A stretch of DNA of 64,000 bases from Malacoraja senta (lineage: Eukaryota), in NCBI GenBank assembly GCA_038087875.1, contig CM075990.1:13022001-13086000 (forward strand). The letters are read 5' to 3'. The notes under the pieces are model-generated. The model ran no database searches. It saw only the letters and a list, made by a program, of their open reading frames with translations, and was not told where the DNA came from. A program made the position numbers and the translations under genes. Position 1 is the first letter of the stretch. Each line of letters begins with the position of its first letter. This document shows, piece after piece, positions 24,129 to 36,178 of this stretch.

Positions 24129-26453
24129 CTGTGATAAAGAAAATGTACATTATTATTACACAGCTGGAATGCTCCAGATGACGAGAGACAGAGCTATGCC
24201 CTCCAGCTGAGCAGAGTGTGCTTCACACTGCGTAAAGGACAGTGCAATGAAAGGCCAAGTATTATTACAATCGACAGTCAAGTGAATCGAAAAAGAATGA
24301 AACTGTCAAAAAGATTTTCCGGAACTGCGAGATCATGTTAAGTTGTAGCCATTTTTATGATGGTAAAGCACCCATACTTTGACCTTTACGAAGGAATGAA
24401 CATTAACCACTTGTTAACACATCTCAATTACATGTTGTGTAGGAAGGAACTGCAGATGCTGGGTGACACCAAAGATAGACACAAAATGGCAGCATAGAAT
24501 CATAGAAAATAGGTGCAGGAGGCGGCCATTCGGCCCTTCGAGCCAGCACTGCCATTCATTGTGATCATGGCTGATCGTCCCCTATCAGTAACCCTTGCCT
24601 GCCTTCTCCCCATATCTCTTGACTCCACAGTAAGTTTAATAAAGAACTGCAGATGCTTGAAAAATCGAAGGTAGACAAAAATGCAGGAGAAACCCAGCGG
24701 CTGAGGCAGCATCTATGGAGCGAAGGAATAGGTGACGTTTCGGGTCGAGACCCTTCTTCCGACTTATTTGAAGAGTTACTCCAGCATTTCTGTGTCTATA
24801 TTCAATTACAGGTTCGTATGATTTTACAACAACCTTGTATATATCAATGAACGTAAAACCTTTCCTTTTCTGTAAACCTGTACCACTCGAATTAGAGAAG
24901 TGATAACTGACAAAGCTCAGTAAATGACCTTCGACTTAATATGAATGATATTTACCTGTTCCTAAAATGCAGTATGCAATGTCTGGCCACTCCCTCTCCA
25001 ACTATGATATATGTAGCGCCCATCTATGTATCAAATGCCTGCCCCCAAGCATTCAAAATAATACTGCTAGAAATAGCTAGACAAAATAATATAATATGCC
25101 AACAGTAACTAGCCTAGGCATAAATGGATCCTGCACAGTAAGTTTAAGAAAGAACTGCAGATGCTGGAAAAATCGAAGGTAGACAAAAATGCGGGAGAAA
25201 CTCAGCGGGTGAGGCAGCATCTATGGAGCGAAGGAATAGGTGACGTTTCGGGTCTCGACCCGAAACATCACCTATTCCTTCGCTCCATAGATGCTGCCTC
25301 ACCCACTGAGTTTCTCCAACATTTTTGTCTACCTACATAGTAAGTTGACCATTTTGCTCCTCCCATTGCAATATTTTAGTTGCATTTGCGATGAACAATG
25401 GATTAATAAATCTCGAAAGATTCATTCAAACATTGGAAGGAGCGAGTTTTCAGAATCTGCGACACATCAGCAGGGTCACTCAACATTCCAGTCAGAAAGA
25501 ATAGAATGCATTGCACTGAATGTGTAGTTTTTGGACATCAAAATGCTCTGGTCCTCAGGTTTCATTATGGGAAATAAGGAGGCTGCCATTGTACATCAAG
25601 CCCACTGCCCTTCTAACCACCAAAAAGGGAACTACCTCAAACTTTGTCATTGTCTCCCTAAACATTTCTGCCTTGATCTCAGACTATTTGAAAACTTACC
25701 CTCACTTTTACCTTAATTCCATCTGCTTCCACCTCCCTGACACCCACCTATAATTCATTGTGGGACATCTTAACGCTGTCAATGGTATTCAACAGTGAAC
25801 GTTACTCTTGCTGAACCTTTGTACATCGTAGCATACGATGGGAACAACTGACTTAAACCAATTTTCTATATCGCTGTCAAGAACAGCTACATTGCTCATA
25901 TCCAGGCTGATTTCCTCCCTAGAAAGACATCAATTAACTTGATGGGCTTTTACAACAATCTTGTATTTATTTTCCCCAAAGGCTTCCATTTTATTTGAAA
26001 TTACAGATCATTAATTAAATTTAAACCTCAGCTTGTTGTGGTGGGATTTAAAGCCAGTTTCTAATAGTTAAGGAAGGAACTGCAGATGCAGGTTTACACC
26101 AAAGATAGACACAAAATGCTGGAGTAACTCAGCGGGATGGGCAGCATCTTTGGAGAGAAGGAATGGGTGACGTTTCGGGTCGAGACCCCTTTTCAGTCTG
26201 AGAGTCAGGGGAGAGGGAAACTAGTCTGAAGATGGGTCTCAATCGGAAACGTCACCCATTCCTTCTCTCCAGAGATGCTGACTGACCCGCTGAGTTTCTC
26301 CAGCATTTTGTGTCTAATTTCAATAATTAATCCAGGTCTGTGGATCACACGGCTGGTCATTTATCTGTCACACCACCAGAGGTGGTGTGGCAGGGTCAAA
26401 CTTAAACCACACATAGAAACACGCTTGATAAATCTGTAAAGGTCATGGCTCAC

Positions 26454-26553
26454 TTGTAAAGTGTACTGGGCACATCCATGGTGCATCGGTAACCTTGCTC
26501 CGTCTGTTCTATGAGTACAGAGTCACAAGGCTCATCCATACAGTCCACAACTC
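26454..26553 (-). CDS. ASCC1: ASCC1 coding exon 2
   Basis: ttgcag|GA...AA|gtgag, 100 bp. Encodes GVVDCMDEPCDSVLIEQTEQGYRCTMDVPSTLYK (compare human CADEPCDAYEVEQTPQGFRSTLRAPSLLYK). Phase fits both neighbours. Confidence 0.93.
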
Positions 26554-27002
26554 CTGCAAGACAGAAGATAACTCATTGAAACAAAGGCCAAACATCCACT
26601 TCACAGTAAGCAACATCTAGCCACATGAATCTCAAATAGGATGGCTGACTTTTTGGAATCAAGCAACTGCATGGACTGAAAAAATGCAAAGTTAAAAAAA
26701 GCAACACTAATTTCTTGGTACTCAAGCTTCATGTAGAGTGCTCCACATCTATCTCCCATTCCAACTGGGCAGCTCTAATAATCCTCAAATGGAAATGTTA
26801 CCAACATTTTGATTCCTACTTCCTACTAGGCAACAGATAAAATGTCACATATCTTTCTAGTTCAGCAGATACAAACTAGTCCGTCAAACCATTAATTTAC
26901 AAGATTGCCCGCCTATTCCACATATTAATCTAATAAACTTTATCTGAACTATTTCAAATGCATTAACATTCTTCCTTAAATAAGATCACAGCTGTACACT
27001 GT

Positions 27003-27004
<2 letters not shown>

Positions 27005-27051
<47 letters not shown>
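27005..27051. repeat. (AT)n microsatellite
   Basis: About 23 AT units. Confidence 0.95.
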
Positions 27052-27053
<2 letters not shown>

Positions 27054-28005
27054 CAAATAAAAAGTCCCTACATTTTTTAACTCCCTCAGCAATATACAAT
27101 AAAGGTGTATTAGTCTTCCTAACTGCAAATTAGTATTTATTGAATCATGCAGTAGCATGTACAGATCCCTCCACATCTCAGAGCTCTTCAATCTTTCACC
27201 ATTAGATCCTTAAAAAATATTCCGGACAAAATAAACAATTTTACATTACCCCACATTGATCTCCATTTGCCAGATCTATTCCCACTCACGTAACTTGGCC
27301 ATTTCCTTTTATAATCTCATGTCCTCTTCACAACTTACTATAGGCATCATCAGCAAATTTAATAATGATTCCCTCAGTGTTTTCGTCCAAACTATTTACA
27401 TAAATTGTAAAATGTTCAGGCCGCAGCACTAATAATTCCTGCTGGCATTTCACTCACTGCATCTTGTTAACCAGAAAAATACCCATTTTGCCTATTCTCT
27501 GTTTCCATTAACCAGTCAGTCTTCAATCCATGCCAATACTGTACCTCCCACTATTAGTTTTTTTTCCCCACAATAACTTTTGATGCAGTACCTTATCAAA
27601 TAATTTGAGAAATCTAAGTACAGTCCTGCCAACTACCCTTTATCCACAACTAATATTGCTTCTTCAAAGATATCTAGTAAACTGGTCAAACTGAATTTCT
27701 TTTTCACGAAACCATGTTGACATAGCATGATTATCTTCAATATTTGAAGATCAAGCAATGCTCCATTTATTACTTTTAATAATACCTTCCAACATTTGCC
27801 CGATTGACAAATGTTAAGACTACTGGCCTAAGGTTCCTTGTATTCTATCTCCCTCTATTCTGAAGAAGGAAGTCACATTTCTGTTTACCAATTCTGTGGA
27901 GCCTGCCATAAATTTGGGGTAATTTTGGAAAATTAAACATTAAATATCTCACGGGTACACAAAAATGCTGGAGAAACTCAGCGGGTGCAGCAGCATCTAT
28001 GGAGC

Positions 28006-28133
28006 GAAGGAAATAGGTAACGTTTCGGGCCGAAACCCTTCTTCAGACTGGAAGGAAATAGGTAACGTTTCGGGCCGAAACCCTTCTTCAGACTGGAAGG
28101 AAATAGGTAACGTTTCGGGCCGAAACCCTTCTT
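28006..28133 (-). repeat. Tandem 45-bp repeat (about 2.8 copies) of the Penelope minimal hammerhead motif
   Basis: Unit gaaggaaataggtaacgtttcgggccgaaacccttcttcagactg starts at 28006, 28051 and 28096. Confidence 0.85.
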
Positions 28134-29515
28134 ATCTCACCTTCTTTTAAGATTCTATGGTAAAGTCTGTCAAAGCCCAGAAACGAGCATATCTGAAACA
28201 TCAGGCCACAGTGCCAGGCACAGCAGTAGAGTTGCTGCCTTACAACTCCAGAAACCCGGGTTCGATCCTGACTACGACCATGATCGACCATGCTGTCTGC
28301 ATGGAGTTTGTACGTTCTTCCTGTGACCGTGCGGATTTTTTCCAGGTGTTCAGTTTCCTCCCACACTCCAAAAATGTACACGTTTGCAGGTTAATTGGTT
28401 TCGGTAAAATTGTACAATTGTCCAACTTGTGTAGGATGGTGTTAGTGTACGGGATGATCGCTGGACAGCGTGGACTCGGCAAGCCGAAGAGCCTGTTTCC
28501 ACAGTGTATCTCTAAAGTCTAAAGTAAATTTGTTCAGTACCACCACGATACCTGGTGACTTTAAATTTCCTGTATTCCTCCCTCCTTCCCAATTCCTGAT
28601 TTATAACTCTTTTTGGATGTTACGTGTACCTGCTTTTGTGAAGACTGATATAAAATACCTATTTGTTTAAGAAGGAACTACAGATGATGGAAAATCAAAG
28701 GTAGACAAAAATTTAGACTGAGGAAGAGTCTCGACCTGAAACGTTGCCTTTTTCCTTCGCTCCATCGATGCTGCCTCACCCGCTGAGTTTCTCCAGCATT
28801 TATGTCTACCTAAAATACCTATTTAGTCATCTGCCATTTCCTTGCTTTCTATTATTAATTTCCTAGAAATTAATTTCACTTTCTGGAAGATTGTTCACTT
28901 TGTTGACTTACTTTATAAAATATCTATCCACTTATATTTCAGTCCATCTTTATCTCAAGCTCTATTTCTTGTCTTCCTTATTAATCATTCTGCATTTGTT
29001 GATTATTTCAGTAGTTCTCACCGGTCTAATAATAACAGGTATTGTCTTTTAGAGATTAAATTAATAAGTATGCCATTCTTAGAAAGGAGTGTCCAGATTG
29101 GTTCTCAATGCCGAAAAACATTCAGACCATTGATAAAGTGCTTAGTACAAAGTGGAAAAACACAGGCTCAACAAGGTTTGGGAGAGATGTAAGCAAATAT
29201 TTCTTCTGATAGGCCATGACCAACAAACCTGAGACGAGCTTAGAAAGACACCTTAGTTGGAATGGACAAGATGGGTCAAAAGGCCCAATACTGTGCTGTG
29301 ATTCTAACTGAGACAGAGGGCTGTGGCAAATCATTACAGATGTAAGCAAAATGACTTTCCTTAGTCAAAACTATAATAATTGTGATTTATTTCAATAACA
29401 CATATATAGAACTATAATATGATACATTCCTCCTTCTTTGGTCAATAGTGAAAAACAGCAATGCTTTCATCTGTCAGTGTTTACATGTACAGTTATAATC
29501 AATGCTTGCAAATAC

Positions 29516-29627
29516 CTGAGTAGGTAAAGTCATCTTCTTCCTCATTTGGATACACCTGTTCTTTCACATGGTTTTTGCGGTAAATCCGTCCATGGATATT
29601 AATGAGTGTTGGACGAAGAACATCCAT
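29516..29627 (-). CDS. ASCC1: ASCC1 (activating signal cointegrator 1 complex subunit 1), first coding exon
   Basis: Translates MDVLRPTLINIHGRIYRKNHVKEQVYPNEEEDDFTYS(G), matching the vertebrate ASCC1 N-terminus (MEVLRPQLIRIDGRNYRKN). 112 bp, ends TCAG|gtattt, phase 1. Confidence 0.93.
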
Positions 29628-30151
29628 TGTAGTTTCTCCTCACCCAAAAGGCACAGCTGGCAGTGGGCAAAATGTGATACAAGCTCTGTTGATCAATAAA
29701 ACAAGACTCGCACTGCATCAAAACTGCAGATTAAACATTTGATCTTTAATTATCAGATTAAAAGATATTGAACACACAGTGATAGGATGGTGTGTATTGC
29801 AGTGCTGGTGATTGTGTGAGTAGCAATCACGAGATTTTGACTGACAATCAAAATTCAACTAGTGCAAATACCGCCATGGCAGCTGTGGAGATTAAATTCA
29901 ATAATCTGGAATTTAAAAGAACAATTAATCTTTGTAACAATAACGCAAGAACTACCACACCAATTTCTGACTGTATAAACCTGGTGTTTGCCTCCTTTTT
30001 CCAAAGCTTCAATATCTCTCATCACCTAAATTTGCCACCTTGTCCTTCACCATAACAGAATCATCCTGTCCTTAAATTCTTGCTAACACATTTTTAAAAG
30101 CCTTCCACTTGTCATACATCTCTTTGCCAGCAAACAGTCTCACCCTGTTGA

Positions 30152-30664
30152 TGCCAGCTGATCTACATCGGTGAGACCAAGCGGAGGCTTGGCGATCGTT
30201 TCGCCGAACACCTCCGGTCGGTCCGCAATAACCAACCTGAACTCCCGGTGGCTCAGCACTTCAACTCCCCCTCCCATTCCGTATCTGACCTCTCTGTCCT
30301 GGGTCTCCTCCATGGCCACAGCGAGCAACACCGTAAATTGGAGGAAATGCACCTCATATTCCGCTTGGGCAGTCTACATCCTGGTGGCCTGAACGTTGAA
30401 TTCTCCCAATTCTGCTAGCCCTGGCTGTCCCCTCCCCTTCATCAGCCATCTGGTTGTCTCCTCCCCTCCCCCAGCCCTCGGGCTCCTCCTCCGCCTTTTC
30501 CTTTTTTCCTTTCTTCTCCCCACCCCCCATCAGTCTGAAGAAGGGTTTCGGCCCGAAACGTTACCTATTTCCTTCGCTCCATAGATGCTGCTGCACCCGC
30601 TGAGTTTCTCCAGCATTTTTGTGTACCTTCGATTTTCCAGCATCTGCAGTTCCTTCTTTAACAC
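30152..30664 (+). mobile_element. Penelope-like element 3' fragment (GIY-YIG endonuclease end plus pLTR)
   Basis: Encodes CQLIYIGETKRRLGDRFAEHLRSVRNNQPELPVAQHFNS. Followed by pLTR with ctgaagaagggtttcggcccgaaacgtt. 19-bp TSD aacagtctcaccctgttga at 30133-30151 and 30665-30683. Confidence 0.88.
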
Positions 30665-33019
30665 AACAGTCTCACCCTGTTGACCTCTACAAGTTCTCAC
30701 CTAATGCCTGCAAAATTAGACCTGACACAGTTCAGGACCTTAACTTGTGGACCATGTCCTATCTTTCTCCATTCATAGAATAATGGTCACTTGGACCCAA
30801 AGTACTCCCACGCCCACAATGCAGTCACTTGCCCTACGTGTTATTAAGAAACAGCACAGGTTGCAGCAAAGTGGGATCACAACACATCGCAGCCTTAAAT
30901 GTGAACACCTACACTCCAGAGTTAGCAGTGCTTCTAGCCAAGATGCCTTAGTACAGTCACAACTGCAGTGACGTTTTGGACTCTACAAGAGCCTGAAGGG
31001 GTCCGAACCGAAACACACCTATTCCTTTTCTCCAGAGATGCTGCTTTACCCGCTGAGTTACTCCAGCCTTTTGTGTCCATCTTCAGTATAAACCAGCATC
31101 TGCAGTTCCTTTCTACATAACTACTATCAGACATCCAGTTTGTGTTTTGTTCAGACCACTGAGCTTCGGACTGCATCAGAACCTTGGTCCAAACTTGAAC
31201 AAAGAGTTGAATTTCCAACAAACTCGGGGGGCAGAGAATTTCAGAGATTCACTACTCTATGAGGGAAGATGTTACCACACACCTCAGTTTAAATGATCAG
31301 CTGCTTATTTAGTAGCTATGTCCCTTTGTTTGTAACTTGCTCACTCGTGGAAGATTTCAACATCTACTCTGTCAAGCCTCTTTAGGATATGTTTAAATAA
31401 GATCCCCCCTCGTTCTTTTAAACTCCAAAGAATACAAACCCAAACTGTCATGTTTCCATGAAAAGAAGGCTATGTGCTAACATGATATATAGAAGGACTT
31501 ATGTAACTGAAGACTAAGATGAATGGATCTATGTTACCAAAAGCAACTCCATTGAAAGATGTGATGAATAAAACCGTATTGTATTGTAAAATATATAAAG
31601 ATGCAGTTTCCTCTTGCTAGATGCCTCATAATCTCAGTTAATGTTGAGGACACTTTAGGATTAAAACAAGTGTAAAGTGGACGCAGTGGATTCTGAGGTT
31701 TTGATTACTCTATCGCTTAGTCAATGCACGTTCTGTAATCTGACAGAATTTCAAATGCTCACAGCATTAAGGGAAATTGGGTTCTGATGGGTAATTATCT
31801 GCTTTCCTGATCTGCTTCTGTAGCTAGCAAGCTATTGAGTGTCAGCTAGTTATCTATGTGTGACCTCAAATTTAGATTCTACATCAATGTGAGTGAATCA
31901 CCTATCTGATCCACTCCCATGAAAGATCATCGAGCTAAAATGTTGACTCTGCTCCTCTCTCTCTGCAAATGATATTCTTGTGAATATTTCACCCTGTAAA
32001 TATCTCTGCTGCCCTCCTTTTATTCACGACTCAAAAGGTACAGCAAACAGATTTGCACATCAACCGACATAGAATCACAAAACACAATCAGACCCAGTTT
32101 GTCAGTCAACTCAATCATTTCCGACCTGTTCACCGTGGAAATAATTCCCCCTCACTTGGTCCGACAAAAGGGAATTAAAAAAAAATTCCCCAAAAAAGCT
32201 TTGTTTTATTAAAAGTATATTTTGCGGTAGGCCACCTCGCACTCTTACTTTAGTAGCGGGGAAATAATAAAAGACAGATGTTCCTAGACGTTAAACATTT
32301 CTCTCTCCACAGATGCTGCCTGACCTGCTGAGACTTTCCAGCATCCTCAGTTTTTATTTAAGTTTTCCAGTGAAATGTACAAAACACATCCTTATATTTC
32401 CAGCAAAAGCTTACAGAAACACCAATGGACCAACAACTCAGAACTGTGCCTGAGTGATGAAGAGGGAGAGAGGAGACTGAACATTGATCATGACCGCAGG
32501 GGTTAATCATCATACCCACCTCCGCGCAACCACTTTTATATTAGGATCGACAACTAAATTGCCCCAGTGGGCAGAGGGTTCAAGGAATATTTGTCTGGAA
32601 GGCAAACTCACAACGACATGCTTTGTAAACACATTGCACAGGATGTCAACGGGTGAAGCAGCATCTATGGAGCGAAGGAAATCACTCAAGGTATGCCTAC
32701 TTTGAAGAAGTTCCTCCTCTCTCCGAACCTATTTACTTCGCTCCATAGATGCTGCCTCACCCGCTGAGTTTCTCCAGCATTTTTGTCTACCTTTGATTTT
32801 CCAGCATCTGCAGTTCCTTCTTAAGCACAGGATGTCAAGATATGCCTACTTAATTAATTAATATTGATTTTTCTAACTTCAAGTAACCCTTGCATCCCCG
32901 AAGTCAGGGGATATGGGGAGAAGGCAGGAACGGGGTACTGATTGGGAATGATCAGCCATGATCACATTGAATGGCGGTGATGGCTCGAAGGGCCGAATGG
33001 CCTACTCCTGCATCTGATC

Positions 33020-33232
33020 CGAAATTCCGAGTCCCTCACCATCTTCCAGTCCCGCCTCAAGACCCATCTCTTCACCTCTGCATACCCTTAGTCCCATGTT
33101 CCCCTCCCCTTTGCATCTCTGTCTTACTGGTCTATTTTGTTTTGTTTATTCTTGACTCTCAATGTAAAGCGACTTTGAGTCCTGAAAAGCGCTATATAAA
33201 TAAAATGTATTATTATTATTATTATTATTATT
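33020..33232 (+). mobile_element. L2-type LINE 3' end with (TAT)n tail
   Basis: tgtaaagcgactttgag...gaaaagcgctatataaataaaatg(tat)n is the typical L2 3' stem-loop and tail. Confidence 0.65.
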
Positions 33233-34074
33233 GTCTATTGTCTCTCTCCATCCCTCACCCACCCTAGTTCAGTTCAGATTATTAGGGGCCCCCAGTCGTT
33301 GTACTAGTTTCACTATCGTCCTGGGAGTTTCATGAGTGTATAATGCGTTATCACCTAGCCCACAGCCAACAGTTTCCTTGATCATCGTGACTTTTTTTGC
33401 ATATCTTTCATTCATTTGTTCTATATCTCTGTATATCACCATCTTCATCTCCCTTTTCCCTCTCCCCTGACTCTCAGTCTGAAGAAGGGTGTCGATCTGA
33501 ATAAGAATAAGGAGTAAGCCATTTAGAACGGAGACGAGGAAACACTTTTTCTCACAGAGAGTGGTGAGTCTGTGGAATTCTCTGCCTCAGAGGGCGGTGG
33601 AGGCAGGTTCTCTGGATGCTTTAAAGAGAGAGCTAGATAGGGCTCTTAAAGATAGCGGAGTCAGGGGATATGGGGAGAAGGCAGGAACGGGGTACTGATT
33701 GGTGATGATCAGCCATGATCACATTGAATGGCGGTGCTGGCTCGAAGGGCTGAATGGCCTACTCCTGCACCTGTTGTCTGTTGTCTATTGATCTCTCCAG
33801 AGATGCTGCCTGTCCCACTGAGTTACTCCAGCATTCTGTGTGTACTTTCAGCAGAAAGACAATACACGATTACAATCGAGCCACCCACAGTGTAACAGAT
33901 AGATATATACATGATAAGGGAATAAAGTTTAGTGCAAGGTAAAGCCAGCAAAGTCGGATCGAGGATAGACTCGGGGTCCTATTTATGAGAGGTCCCCCCC
34001 TTGTGACAGATCAGTATATTAAAGATTTGATTTAGTAGCTACTGTCCTTACATTAACAAGGCAGCGTTAATGAT

Positions 34075-34600
34075 CGATCCGCTCCCCAGGCAAGAGTTGT
34101 CTTCCCTTCCTTCCTTCCCTCCACGTCCCACAGAGGAGCCCGGCTGCCGTAAACTAAGCGCGTCGCGACCTGGCCACTTACGGCAGTGTGTCATCCCCAT
34201 TGTCCCGTGTTGGTGCAGCGGGAGAAAGGACCTTCTGCCGTAAAGGCGGAAACTTCCATGGTAAAGACTGACCTTCTGCGGTAAAGTTCTGTGGTGAAGG
34301 TCGACCTTCCGCCGTAAAGCGTATCGGCCATGGCCACCTCGGCGTCTTCGTCTGCCTCCTCGGCGGCCGGCGGAGTGGGAGTGGGAGTTGGAGTGGGAGT
34401 TGGAGTTGGAGGAGGAGGAGGAGGAGGAGGGGGAGGGGGGGGAGGCTTCGGCGTGTCCGAGCTGTCGCCGCCGCGGAAGGTTCTCTTCACTTCACCCAAG
34501 GGAGCGGGCGAGCTGCTGGAGGGTGAGACATGGCACCAGTCCCCCCCCCCACACACACACACACCCGGCCTGCTGGGCAGCCCAGGCCCTCCAGCACATT
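34075..34600. promoter_or_regulatory. CpG island / probable bidirectional ASCC1-ANAPC16 promoter
   Basis: Sharp rise in GC and CpG between two divergent genes. Contains the ANAPC16 ATG and a minus-strand donor (GCC|gtaagt at 34182/34181) that could end a non-coding ASCC1 first exon. Confidence 0.7.
34330..34522 (+). CDS. ANAPC16: ANAPC16 (anaphase-promoting complex subunit 16), coding exon 1
   Basis: Kozak context gccATGG. Encodes [15 protein letters not shown](GV/G repeat)[25 protein letters not shown] (compare human [25 protein letters not shown]). Ends G|gtgag, 193 bp. Confidence 0.92.
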
Positions 34601-36103
34601 GCTCACTCACTGCAGCTTGTCCCCTTGGCAGAGACACTGTGTATGAAGGGACTGCAGATGCTGGTTTACACCCAGGATAGACACACCATTGCTGGAGTAA
34701 CGACGCAGCGGGTCAGGCAGCATCTGTGGAGAGAAGGAATGGGTCTGACAGGGAGACCAGCATCTGTGAATTTCATCTCCAGCCTTTGTCTGCCCATCAA
34801 CCCTCCTCCTCCTCCACCACCACATGCATCCACTTGCCTGGCTTTGACCCACTTCTCTCTTTTCCAGCGTTCCCCTTGCCACGGTCAGTCTGACACTAGA
34901 CAATAGGGGCAGGAGTGGGCCATTTGGCCCTTCGAGCCAGCACCGCCATTCAATGTGATCGTCCCAAATGATCATCTGAAGAAGGGTCCCAACCCGAAAC
35001 ATTGCCTATCCAAGTGTGTAGGAGGGAACTGCAGATGCTGGGTTACACTGAAGATAGACCGAATTTGAAGAAGGGTCTCGACCCCAGAACGTCACCCATT
35101 CCTTCTCCCCAGAGATGCTGCCTGTCTCGCCGAGTTACTCCTGCATTTTGTGTCTACCTCCAGAGAAGTAGCCTGCCCCATTGAGTTACTCCATTTATAT
35201 TCTGCTTTTCCATCAGGCTTTACTTTTGCCCCAACCCTGAAAATACAACACTGAACGTGCAATTCGCTCAAAGCTCCATTTACCTCTCATACCGGTTCTG
35301 CGTCTACACTGGATCCTGCAATGAGCAATGCCCAGATTCTGAATCACTCTGAAGCGTCCTGGTCTGAAATCTCATCTATCCATTTCCTTCACATATGTTG
35401 CTGGACCCACCGTGTTCCTCTAGCACCTTTGTTTTACCTGAATTTTAAAATATTGACCATGTTTTCATCCTCTTGCTTCTCAACCTGACTGATTCTTCTC
35501 CAGCTCAGTAATAACTGGTAGAGCCACTGCCTCTCAGTGCTAGGTTACACGGTTTGATCCTGGCATCGGGTACTATCAGAGTGGAGTTTGCATGTTCTCC
35601 CTGTGACCGTGTGGGTTTCCTCTGGAATCTCTGGTTTTCTCTCGCATCCCAAAGATGCAGTTTGTAGGTTAATTGGCCTTTGTAAATTGCCCCTAGAGTG
35701 TAGGGAGTGGATAAGAAAGTGATATGACATAGAACTAGTATGAACAGGTGATTAATAGTCAGTGAGCTGATGAGCCAGTTTCCATTTAGTATTTCTAAAC
35801 TAAACTCTTGCATGTCCTCTGTTTCCAAAACCACACCACTGGCAAACATCCCTAAAGCTGTGCAATTTGCTTCTTAATCCTTCCTCTCTCTGCTTAAAAA
35901 CATCTTATTAATCAAACTTTTCATTACAATGGGTTCCAAAATTTAAATGCATTATTACTTGGTGTACCATATACGATTAACCCCTAAAGCTTCACTGTTG
36001 TAAAATAACAGTTGAGGAGTAGAGTGTGCTAATGGTGTGATATTTAATGGTGCTTAAATAATTTAGACTGCATTTTAAATGTTTTGTTTCTATGTTGACA
36101 CAG

Positions 36104-36178
36104 ATGCCACAGAGAGGTTCCTGTGTGAAGCAGTTTTCAGCTATCAGGTAGCTCACACATTACGGCAGGTCAAACGAG
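36104..36178 (+). CDS. ANAPC16: ANAPC16 coding exon 2
   Basis: acacag|AT...G|gtaagt, 75 bp. Encodes DATERFLCEAVFSYQVAHTLRQVKR. Confidence 0.95.

Noticed and set aside
28006..28133. CRISPR-like regular repeats
   Set aside because: Head-to-tail identical units with no unique spacers, in a eukaryotic context. They are Penelope pLTR sequence.
34191..34637. 148-aa minus-strand Pro/Thr-rich ORF
   Set aside because: Antisense shadow of GC-rich ANAPC16 exon 1 and its G repeats; no recognisable homology.
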